Of a stretch of DNA of 64,000 nt, positions 13,601-25,600 are shown piece after piece (position 1 is the stretch's first letter; the number at the start of each line of letters is the position of its first letter). The DNA comes from Saccostrea cucullata. Its lineage: Eukaryota. The stretch lies in the NCBI RefSeq assembly GCF_032062105.1, contig NW_026927183.1, positions 62,001-126,000 on the forward strand, in the 5' to 3' direction. The notes under the pieces were generated by a model that worked only from the letters and a program-made list of their open reading frames with translations, did not search any database and was not told the DNA's origin. A program made the translations under genes and the position numbers.

Positions 13601-16600
13601 CTTTTACCTGGTCTATTATCTGAAAAAATGTATGTCGAATTCAGCATCCAAAATAAGTCCATTAGTGTGCATATTAAGATGTATCGTCCATGCAAGTTTG
13701 CTCATTATAGGGCTCATAGTTAACTGGAAATGATACATTCATCACAAACTAACATTTTCACTCATCCACAAAATGTAGGTCAGATTCAGCATCCGAAGCA
13801 AGCCTGGTAGTATGCATCCTTAGATGTATCATCCATGCAAGTTTGGTCAACATAGGGCTTATAGTTACAAGGAAATGAAACCTGCACCAAAAACTTTAAC
13901 CTGTTCACTCAACCAGAAAATGTAGGTCAGATTCAGCATCTGAAGCAAGCCCGGTAGTATGCATCCTTAGATGTATCATCCGTGCAAGTTTGGTCATTAA
14001 AGAAGTCATAGTTACTTGGAAATGAATTATGCATCAAAAACTTTAACCTGTTCACTCAACCGGAAAATGTACATTGTAGATCAGATTCAGCATTCGAAGC
14101 AAGCCTGATAGTATGCATCCTTAGATGTATCATCGATGCAAGTTTGGTCAACATAGGGCTTATAGTAACTTGGAAATGAAACCTGCCCAAAAAAATTTAA
14201 CCTGTTCACTCAACCGGAAAATGTAGGTCAGATTCAGCATCTGAAGCAAGCCTGATAGTATGCATCCTTAGATGCATCATCCATGCAAGTTTGGTCAACA
14301 TAGGGCTTATAGTTACTTGGAAATGAAACCTGCACCAAAAACTTTAACCTGTTCACTCAACCGGAAAATGTAGGTCAGATTCAGCATCCGAAGCAAGCCT
14401 GATAGTATGCATCCTTAGATGTATCATCCATGCAAGTTTGGTCAACATAGGGCTTATAGTTACTTGGAAATGAAACCTGCACAAAAAACTTTAACCTGTT
14501 CACTCATCCGGAAAATGTAGGTCAGATTCAGCATCCGAAGCAAGCCCAGTAGTATGCATCCTTAGATGTATCAACCATGCAAGTTTGGTCAACATAGGGC
14601 TTATAGTTACTTGGAAATGAAACCTGCACCAAAAACTGCACCAAAAATGTTAACCTGCTCCAAAAACATTAACCTGGCCATTCCTTTGCTGAAATTGCAG
14701 CATCTGAAACTTTGACTGGTACAATGAAACACATTAGAAGCATCTTCCATGCATGTCTAATCAATATAGGACATAGAAGTACTTAAAAAGAAAACTGCTC
14801 CAAAAAACTTAACCTGGGACGCCAACGCCGACACCGACACCGACGCCGACGCCGAGGGTATTACATAAGCTCCCCCAACTTCGTTGAGGTGAGCTAAAAA
14901 CCATATCCAACACAATTTATTACATCTCCGTGCGCCGGTTACGCGTTTGACGACGTCATTTTCATCAAACTAAATTTCAACGATACTATGAAAATCATGA
15001 CACCAATCGTCTGTTTCTAATGCTAAGTACATGAAATTTTGACATATTATCAAAATTTTGATTCTGGTTTCAGTGATTTAAATTTGAGTTCAATGTATTA
15101 TATAAGACTAAAGAAATAAAAGCAAATGTAATAGTTATATTGGTAAAATATTCCGAATTTTGTTTGTGCGCCGACAGGCCTTATCGGCCTTCATATAAAG
15201 CGTCCTAATATTATTAATATGAAAGATATATATTAAATAATTTACTATTTTTAAGAAGTTTAAATATATTATGTCTATGCTAAATTTGGTTAGTACTGGT
15301 TGCATGCTTAAAAAGTTATAAACATTGTCTACGACTTTTTGGGACAACCCTCGTATTCACAGATCATAGTGTTAGATGGTAGTGAAAATATTTAACTCAA
15401 CATTGATTTGATTCAGAATTATGATGAAAATATCTTAACTCTGTTACAACATTCAATTGATTTGATAATCTAAGTGTGTACAAGATTAGCTATGGCAGAT
15501 GGCAATTTAATAAAATAATTCGATCCTTTGCATTTACACATAATAAATATATATCCCTCCGTTGGCAATCATTGAGTTCACAAGGAAGGAGATGAAAACA
15601 TTAATTTCTGTGGCTAGGAGGTCACAAATCCACATTTACTGTAGGTACATAACTATTTAATGAGAATGATGCTCCCGAGTTTAAATGTAACACATCTGTG
15701 AACTTATTCTTGACTGTACTGGATTCAGTATAGCCTTCTGGGGGTGTTTATAGGGAGGAGGGTTAAAATCAGCCGGGTCAACAATACAGGTACATGTGTC
15801 ACTCATTAAAAAGTTCCTATTAAACAGGTGTGTCTATTTACACCTTGACATAATTTAATTCAGCAAAATGAAGAAACAAACTGACTCAGAAATCATAAAC
15901 GCAAAATAATTGCTTTTCCATTGATTCTGACAATGTTTGTATCATTAATTTCTGAATGCCTGCTTCCCATAGGAATCATTATCTGAATTAGCAATGATAA
16001 AATCTAAATGAAAAAATCTCCGTCTGTTGGCATACTGGATACACAATTTTAAAATACTAGTACACAAACTTGTCATATTCATATCAGATCCTTTATGATA
16101 TGTGGCTGAATATGATATTTATTCAGTGAGTTGTGTGTGTTTTTTTTAATCCCCAAGCCTTGGGAGATTCTTTTTATCAGTATATTTTCTACATTTATAC
16201 ATCACTATCAATGTTTTATATCATTATTATTTATACTAAGTATATCAATCCACACTGCATGTATTTACGTCATCATTTCCATTGTGACATCATAGTATAG
16301 TGTGGGATATGAAAAAAAAAAATTCCATTGAGTGATTTCCCCTGGATAAAGAGGTAAACATATGATAAAATATGATAAATAATTTTTATTATATACAATA
16401 ATCTTCAGTCTATCTCACAGTCTGGAAAAGGGGCATAACTTCATAAGAATATATAATTATTCCAGCATGGAGATGTAATTAAGTTTTACAAAGATACACC
16501 CACCCTTGTCTGATGCTTTATGTTCCAAAGACCCATTCAAAGAAACTATATATGAGGGGTGTTAAGAAAGTTCGTTCCATGGTGAAATATTTTGAAATCT

Positions 16601-19600
16601 GTCAAAGTAATTTTTCACTACACAGATGATTTTTTTCACTTTGAAAAGTTCAGATGATTGTGCTTTAGATTTTCAGCAATTTATTTCTAGCAGGAAGCTA
16701 ATATATTTTTTCTTTCATATGAAAATTCATAAGCATATTTAAAACACCCAAATGACAGAAATGCAGGTCATTTGTGTGAAAATATACGATTATTCATTTT
16801 TGTTTCCTCACAGCTTATATTGCACAATACAAAACTGATGAGCTTATGTAAAAGTAAGGTTAATCACTTTTCATAAGAATAGGTTTATCATATTGAAATT
16901 TTGCACTTACATGATAAATTTTGCATAGTATATGAAAGGATTTATTGACCTGTGTACTATTAATATATGTAACAAATATGCCACATCTCTGATTTTTCTG
17001 CTCTGACATCATCTGTTTTAATACCTGCCCTCCCTTATCGATTCAACAAAAGACAGTTAAAACTTTATCAGAAGCAAGAATGGACTCTGTGAGCATGAAA
17101 TATCACAATTATTAAAATCCTTCTCATTGTATTTCTTTCCGAAAATGAAAGAGAAATGTGGAATGAACTTTCTTAACACCCTTTAGAAAGATCAATTAAC
17201 CCAATCCAAACTGGATACAAAGATCTCTAAACAAACACCTTCACCTTCACTGAAAGTGGGGATATTAATTTCGGTCTGTATCCGTCTGTCTCTCCATCTG
17301 CATTTCATTCTGTAACACTTTCATTTCCACCCGATCTTCAAGAAGCCTTGAGCTTTTTTGCAATGATATTTCACACAACTACCTGTAGCCTAAGGAAGAC
17401 CCATACTGATATCAAGGTCAAAGGTCAAGTTCATAAATTCAAAATTTCTGTTTTAATACTTTCTTTTCCGTGCAATATCTCAAGAAGTCTTTGAACTTTT
17501 GCAGTGAAATTTTATACTACATCTCCCTTTGTCATAAGGAAGACCCCTATTTATTTTGAGATCAAAAGGACAAAGCACAAGGTCATAAATCCATACATTC
17601 TGTGTGTGTGTGGAACTTTCATTTCCAGGTGATATTTCAAGAAACTTAAAGCTTTTGCTGTAATTTTATACCATAACTCCCTATGGCCCCTGCCCGCCCT
17701 TTTTAAATTGTCCCCCTTTCAATGCCATGCTCCCTCCTAGATCTGTGCATGCTTTTCTTTTCCCCTTTTTCTTAACTGAGGGACATAAATTCTTTGAATT
17801 AGCTTGTTGAGTGTGGGGGCATAAAAAATCCAAAGACCCCTCTCCATTTAATCTATTTCACAATGGTACAAGGACTCATTAAAACAACTGTAAAACAATA
17901 TTGTCTCAATGATAAATATATACCAGGTAATGCTCAAAAATCCACAGTATGGGCTAGTTGTGACTGTTCTTGCCAGTATAGATATAGCTGGCAGTCCTAG
18001 CTGAACTGACACTGCACTCAGTTTTAACACCCTACAGAAGCTAGGATTACGGGGATCTATATTGATTTGATATAGGAGTTTGTCAGTAATTACACCACCA
18101 AGTCCTTACAGACTCCAATTTCTTCTGTAGCTGTACGTTAACAGTCATTCCACACAACAGAACAGATTGCCCAGTCTCTGCAACAATTCTATTCCTAAAT
18201 AACAGTTTTAGTGATCATCTTTTTAAGTAATTCGTTTTATCAGTGTGTGTTGCTTAGGTTAATAAACTACCTCAAACTTGATACAGAGAAATCCATTATG
18301 TTTGACAGATAATTACACAATATCAGGGCTATACCTGTAATGAATATGTATCTCTTTCAATATGGTTGTCAAATACAATTTAAATCATAAGGTAAACATG
18401 TTTATTCAATAACTTGATTTGTAATTGGTAAAGATCTATTTCCAACAAACAGTGTTTAATGTAAAGATTATCCCCCACTTTATTCTCTTAAAGTTCTTCT
18501 TAAAGGAAATCAGGTAGAAGCAATCATTTAGTCAATCTGTGTTATTATTGAGGGTTTTCTGTACAAAATCAGCAGGAAGCCGTAGACATGACAATCATTT
18601 TGTTAATTAAGTTTATAAGGAATGGATAATTGAGGAAACTCTAACTTACTTACCTCTATAAAGTATAACCCTTACAAATGTCTACCTTAATATTTTATAT
18701 ATTTTACCCTTCATCACGATTTTTTCCCATTTGCTATATGTATGCCTGTGTTTGGGTGGGGATGGGGGTATGGGATTACTACTTATAGTGCTGATCCTGT
18801 GTGTGTGTCTGCCTGTGTTTGGGTTGGGATGGGGGTGTGGGGATTACTAATAACGATGCTGATCATGTATGTGTGTGCCAGTTTTTGGGTTGGGCAGGGT
18901 GGGGGTGTGGGGATTACTACTTATGATGCTGATCATGTGTGTGTGTGTGCCTGTGTTTGTGTTGGGATGGGGGTTTGGGGATTACTACTTACAATGCTGA
19001 TCATGTGTGTGTGTGCCTGTGTTTAGGTGGGGTGGGGATGGGGGTATGGGATTACTACTTGTGCTGATCATGTGTGTGTTTGCCTGTGTTTGGGTGGGGT
19101 GGGGATGTGGGGATTACTAATTACGATGCTGATCATGTGTGTGTATGTGCCAGTTTTTGGGTGGGGCAGGGTGGGGGTGTGGGGATTACTACTTACGATG
19201 CTGACCATGTGTGTCTGTGCCAGTTTTTGGGTGGGGCTGGTTGGGGGTGTGGGGATTACTACTTATAGTGCTGATCATGTGTGTGTGTGCCTGTGTTTGG
19301 GTGGGGTGGGGGTGTGGGGATTACTACTTACGATGCTGATCATGTGTGTGTGTGCCTATGTTTGGGTGGGGTGGGGTGGGGATGGGGGTATGGGAATACT
19401 ACTTACGATGCTGATCATTATAAAGAGCACAATGAATATCTTTCCCAGGACAGTGTGAGCCCCGACGTCACCGTATCCCACGGTTGACATGGTAACCAAC
19501 AGGAAGTACATACACTCCCAGTATGTCAGAAGTTGAGGATTCTCAAAGTTATTCCACGGATCTCCCGCATTTTCTATCTATAAAATATTCAATTAAAACA

Positions 19601-22600
19601 TCAGTAGACCAGAAGTACAAACCTTATAATTTATAACATTATTCATGTTACAGGTATTATTTTAAACATTTCTAGACTTTAAATTTACATGTGTTAATGG
19701 ATTAGCATAATTTTAAAGGCCCATTTGAAAATTTTCTTGGAATACCTGGAAAAGTATGTTTAGAGTACCCCAGTAATTTCTTAAAACAGTTTTATCTACT
19801 GTGTAATTTGAGTCTTTCTAGATGTAGAAATCCACTGAAGCTAAATGTACATGTATACCATGTATACTGTAAATGTTTGTACAATTATACCGTAAATGTT
19901 TAAGGTGTTGACCTGAGGTCATTACAGGATACAGTGTAATTTGAGTCTTACTAGATGTAGAAATCCAGCTGAAGCTAAATGTACATGTAAATCATGTATA
20001 CTGTAAATGTTTGTACAATTATACCGTAAATGTTTAAGGTGTTGACCTGAGGTCATTACAGGATACAGTGTAATTTGAGTCTTACTAGATGTAGAAATCC
20101 AGCTGAAGCTAACCACAGACTGATGAAGAAGGCCACCAGTTGCGACAGCTTTATCATGGTGCTGGTCTTCAGGACATTTAAGTAGGTCAAGATGTCCGGA
20201 ATGGACATCAGTCGCAGGGCTCTCAGGAATCTCAGACCTGGAGAAAAATTACAATACTATTAGGTGTAGATATAACTTCACAATTTTGGGGATGCTTGCA
20301 TCATATACAGCAGTGTTCAATTTTAATTCTTACGATTTAACATGTAGCATATGTATATGAGGAGCTTCAATCATTTTCATGCAGAACAAGATGTGTTTGC
20401 ACTATGCGCCCACCGCCCTGAGGCAACAAAGTTTGAAAAAGCTATTTTTAGCATATAGGTCACAGTCAAGGTCACAAAGTCATTGACCTTGGTGTCATTT
20501 GAAAGAACTTAATTATAGTGGACTATGCATACCAAATATGAATTCTCTATCTCCTATGGTTCAAAAGTGATGGCAAAGGTTCGAAAAAGCTATTTGTAGC
20601 ATATAGGTCACGGTCAAGGTCACAAGGCTAAATTAGTGGAGTATGCATACCAAATATGAAGTCTCTTTACCTTTCACGGTTCAAAATTTATGGCGAAGGT
20701 TAAAGTTTACAGACAGACAGGACAAAAACAGTATGCGCCCCTGATCTAATTGGTGGTCATGAATTTGTGGGTCTCTCAATACATCGAAAACCACAAAAAT
20801 TAAAACCCCACAAAAATTACTGATTCATTCTGAATTTTAGTGATAAAACATGAGAATGGAAAATTTTGTTTCATTTAGGTTTTATATATATATATATAGG
20901 AACTGAATTATTCTATTTGAGCTTGATTTTTTTTTTATCTTGCTAAAATCCTCCTAAGAAATTAGAAACCTTGAATCAACTTTTACACTATTTTATGTCC
21001 TTTTTTTCTTGTTATCATGAACATTCAAATTGGTTGTATGTCGACCACTTTGCAAAATTCAGATGTCATAAAACCACAAGTTTTTTCCTCAAATGTTTCT
21101 AAGTATAGGTAACAGCCAATAAGGGACATCTAGAGAGCCATATAACACAACTTTCTACTGCAATAAACCATTAGCTAGGTCTTAAACAACCATCTGAAAA
21201 TTAACACCTTTTCAGAATTCATCAATAAAATAAAACATGTTTTGGGATTTAATTTTTACAGGGGTAAAATTTTGTCTAATCTACAGTACAATTGACTTCA
21301 TTCTTTTCATAGCTATTAATCACAGTAAAACTTGGTCACAATGAAGTCACTGGGACCTTTGAAATTACTTCGCTATATCTGTAATTCGTTATATCTGTAT
21401 AAATTTGTTAATTTGATATAGCTGGGGATCTCAGATAAATCCGCCATATCCCTGAATTCGCAATATCCGTGTTTGTACTTAACGAGTTTTACTGAATAAG
21501 CTTCATGAAAAACACATTGATTTTAGATGCTTCAGCTGAACTTACTGGAAATCATTTTTTCTTTTTTTATAATTTCTAAAACATTCCTATCATACAGTTG
21601 TCACACACTAAATACAGATTTGTGATGACTTTAGCTCTATACGTATAAAGTTTATTGAATTAGCAATATGTCTTAAACATAGGAAATTGTACTACTCCAT
21701 CATTAAACAGGCAAAAAAATGTACCAGTATACAAGACCATTGTGTGGTGAAAGTGTCAGTTTAGTACATAGATCAAACATAATCCCCAAAACCAACAATA
21801 ACCAGCCAAAAATAAATGTGTATGGATTCAAATGTTTAAATTTAGGTAAGTCATCTCAGAACTATTACATAATTTTTTTTTGATTTCCTAACATAAACAT
21901 GTACTTATGTATACATATAGAATTGAACATTGTGAGTTAGATTTAAACACTGCAGGGCAATATTGGAAAAAGTAGAATCCATTTTCTTTGAAGTATATTA
22001 ATCTAAAAGCTTGCACTGTGCCAGGAATCAATCCTATTTCCTTAAGAGCCATTCTCCGCCAGGCCACTCATCTCTATCATTTCTGACTTCAATATTTTAC
22101 AGACAAGAAACCATTCTCTCCAAAACCAACACATACACACTCAACAATTTTTATTTGTTCCTTTTTAATATTTAAAAATTTGAAAAAAGTCCACAGCTTT
22201 TAACATGTTACTATGGAAACATTTACATATATTGATTTTCCATCACATGAGGCATCCAAGTTAATATCTTTTTGAAATTCAATTCATCAGATACTAACGA
22301 TGGTTATTCTGTAGTATTTACATTGTAGAGAACATTTTTTAAATTCAACAATGCTTATTCTGAAGTATTTACAGTGACCAAACAGGAGGGTATAATAAAT
22401 CAAACACTGTCATTTCCTATATCCTCGGACATGATCTAGGAGTATCGTTTGTTAAGAGGTCTAGATTGCATGTACTTTCAATATATATCTATTGATCAAT
22501 CCTGGATTTTTTAATGTCACTTTCAAAAGGCACTGGGTTGATATCTTAGAATAAAAATTTCACAAAATTATGGCATCAGTAACATTACAGTTCTATTACT

Positions 22601-25600
22601 TTTGTCTTTTTATCTCAAAAATGACCAAATTCAGCTGGTTATATTATAAGTACTATTGCAGTAAGCCTAATTTTGGTTATTTTCTGCAATGTAAAAGACA
22701 ATTTTTCTAAAATGTCTGAGAACCTGAAATAAATCAATAGATAACGACACCTGGGTACATCTTTAGGTGTTTTATTTTTTTTTTATCTACCAAGGGATCA
22801 AAATTCAGGAGTGACATTTAAATCAATAATGCAGAGCATCCACAGGCAACTGCTAAGCAACATTCAATGGAAGTCTGTCTTCATCAAAAGACGATTTAAA
22901 CATGGGAGGTTTCCAAATGAATGCAGCCTTATTTCAAAATGACACTCTGGATGTTTCCCATGGGAACCACTGTTTAGACCAATAGCTTCAAGACATATGA
23001 TTTTGCGAACTGTAGGAGTAACTAATGACTAAATTGTTCATTTAACCATAGAAAACTGCTGAATGTTTAATGAATTATATATTTCTCAGCCTTTAGAAAA
23101 TGAAGCTGGTAACAGTCATACAATTTAGGCCTGGAATGAGTGATGTGTGTTCTGTCACAATAGGGATTCAGAGATGTTATCAGCCAAATTAAATTTCCAT
23201 GAGTGAAATAAAATACAATGGAGGTCTCTGATGAGACTGTAGCATCGTCATCTGAAAATCATGACTTTTTCAATCAGACATCAACATTACTGAATCTGGC
23301 ATGCAATTCAATAGGCATAAAAGCCTGACCTATGAATGGTTTACAGGTTAATATTCTCTAATATGGGAATCATGGTTTTTTTTTTTTAAACTCCGTATCA
23401 TTTAAGGATGACATGTATAAACATTTCTCTGATGTTCTATCACTCAACTTCACAATAATCACTCAACAAGTTTGACCTACTTATAAATAAAAAAAAGGTA
23501 ACATTACTTTAATTTGGTCTGATAAATTTTGAAAGAGAAATGATATGGCTTTCATATTACACATGTATCTTACATATGGAGCTGTGACAAGGCCTTTCTG
23601 AATATACTATGATTTATTGACCCTGTTACCTTGACCTTGAAGTTTGAACTTTATTTCAAAAATGTTATATTTCCTTATAACTTTTGATTGAGAAGAGATG
23701 GGCCTTTATATTTGACACAGGCATTACCTGTAACAATGTTTCCAAGCATGTTATGATCTTCGACCCTTGACCTTGACCTTCATTTTTGACCTTATTTTAA
23801 AAAAAAAAACTTTGTTGATTACTTTTTAAGGCATATGATGTGTTCATATTTGACACACTATGCTATAAATAAGGGCATTCCATTCACTTAGTATGACAGT
23901 ACCTAAAGAAGGGGACCACAATTCATTGAATTTGCTTGTTTTTCCATCAAAACTATTTGCAGACAAAAATGTAAACATTTTGAGATTAACATCTGCATTT
24001 GAAATGAAAGTTTCCTGGAGTGCCTCTTCAAGCCATACAATAAAAGTTACTTGCATGCCAGCAATGTCTTTAAACATTCATTGTTCTCCCATTCTCAGCC
24101 ATCCACTCTGCAGATTGCCAAACATATTTTCACACTAAACATGCAAGTGGAATTGAAATTGCCTTAGACACCACTGTCTATCCCTCCTACACTAATTTCT
24201 ATGGCCCTTTTGCACACAAACTTAATTTGCCTTCTCTCTGCCTATCATGTTCTCAATGCTCTCATATTGACCAGAAACTGTTAATTTTTAATCCAGATAG
24301 ACAGCATGTCTTTTCATTCCATGATAAATAATAAAGAGATTAAGCAGGACCCTCTTTTCTCAAATCAAATAACACCCCCATTCTGCAGGCTCCTGACTGA
24401 ATTAACAATACCCTGTAAATGAGGTGAACTTGATATTGTTTTATTTGTCTGCATTGGAGAATAAAGTTCAAGGACCAAATGACCACATAACCATACTAGT
24501 CTTTTGCCAGTACATGCTCTTGGAAGGATAAATCATAACCTGTAATCAAACAGGAAGCAAAAATATTTAGAACCAATGTTTTTTTTTTTGTTTTTTTTTT
24601 TATCATATGATCATTCATAGTTTTATTTTTTTTATATAATCATCTCTCGATAAAGTGATGGTTCTTCATTTGAACAAATCTGAATACCTTTTAGCCAAAG
24701 ATGTTTTATGTAAAGTTTTGGTTGCCAGTAAATCACAAAATGAAATCAAGCCCTAGATATCATATACTCAGGTCAGACAAGTTCATTATGAGCCTTTGAC
24801 TCAGGTGAGCTAAAAAATTGATTTTGAAAAATATATTTATACACTGTACATCCAATCGTTATGCTGAAACTGACTAAAACATCCGTATCTTTTTTTTCAA
24901 AAAGCTACTTCTGACAAAAAATGACATTAACTGCTGATTGCATAGACAACATCTGTTGGGTTTCCTGGTAACAGCTTGGTTTACCTAAATCAGTTCGTGG
25001 TGACTGCCAATCAATCAATAATAAACCATACACCTCCACTCACTTACAATGATTATACTGGATATATTAAACTCATCTCTCGTATTAAACATCTTGGTGT
25101 TGTCTTACTTATACTCTATATGATCTCTAGTGACACAGAAACAGCATGCCACTCAACTGTACATAACATTCAAACTTATTAATGCTTTAGTTTGAAAAAG
25201 CATTCAATTTTTTCATTAAGGCTACTTTTTACAGGGTAATTTTGTCTTTTATTGTATGTTACAAGAAATGTTTCTTAACCCAAAGTCCTTGATTTAGACT
25301 TTTTTGAGCCACTTCATATGTTATTCCCCTATCCACACCTTCATAAAACTTTGATCTTACAAGAACATATCTCACTTAATCCAAAGAGCAATTTTATAAC
25401 ATGATGTAAATGGCAAACTGGGTTTAAAATCTAGCAGCAGAATAGGAAAAGATCATAGTTTGTTTTTCAAATAATGGATTAAACTCACAGTTTTAAACAA
25501 TCAAAGTCTTAATATTCTCTGATGTAAAAAGGTATCAGATGATTGACAACAATAAATTTGATATTGACCTTGACTTGACCTTCGTACTATGATAAGAGAT

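Noticed and set aside
9483-14640. CRISPR-like regular repeats
   Set aside because: No unique spacers, no cas genes, eukaryotic intron context.
6197-19406. Mutually exclusive paralogous copies of the S6-linker or first RCK1 exon, as in insect/vertebrate slo
   Set aside because: Searched by eye for FASxxPE/KYGG and CGH motifs and found none; a tBLASTn of these introns would be decisive.
18742-19487. Hydrophobic Gly/Val/Cys ORFs on the plus strand
   Set aside because: Translation of the G/GT-rich minisatellite antisense to the pore exon.
23226-23260. Hammerhead-ribozyme-like CTGATGA...GAAA (CTGATGA also at ~16835 and ~41494)
   Set aside because: Stem II is not followed directly by GAAA and stems I/III are missing.
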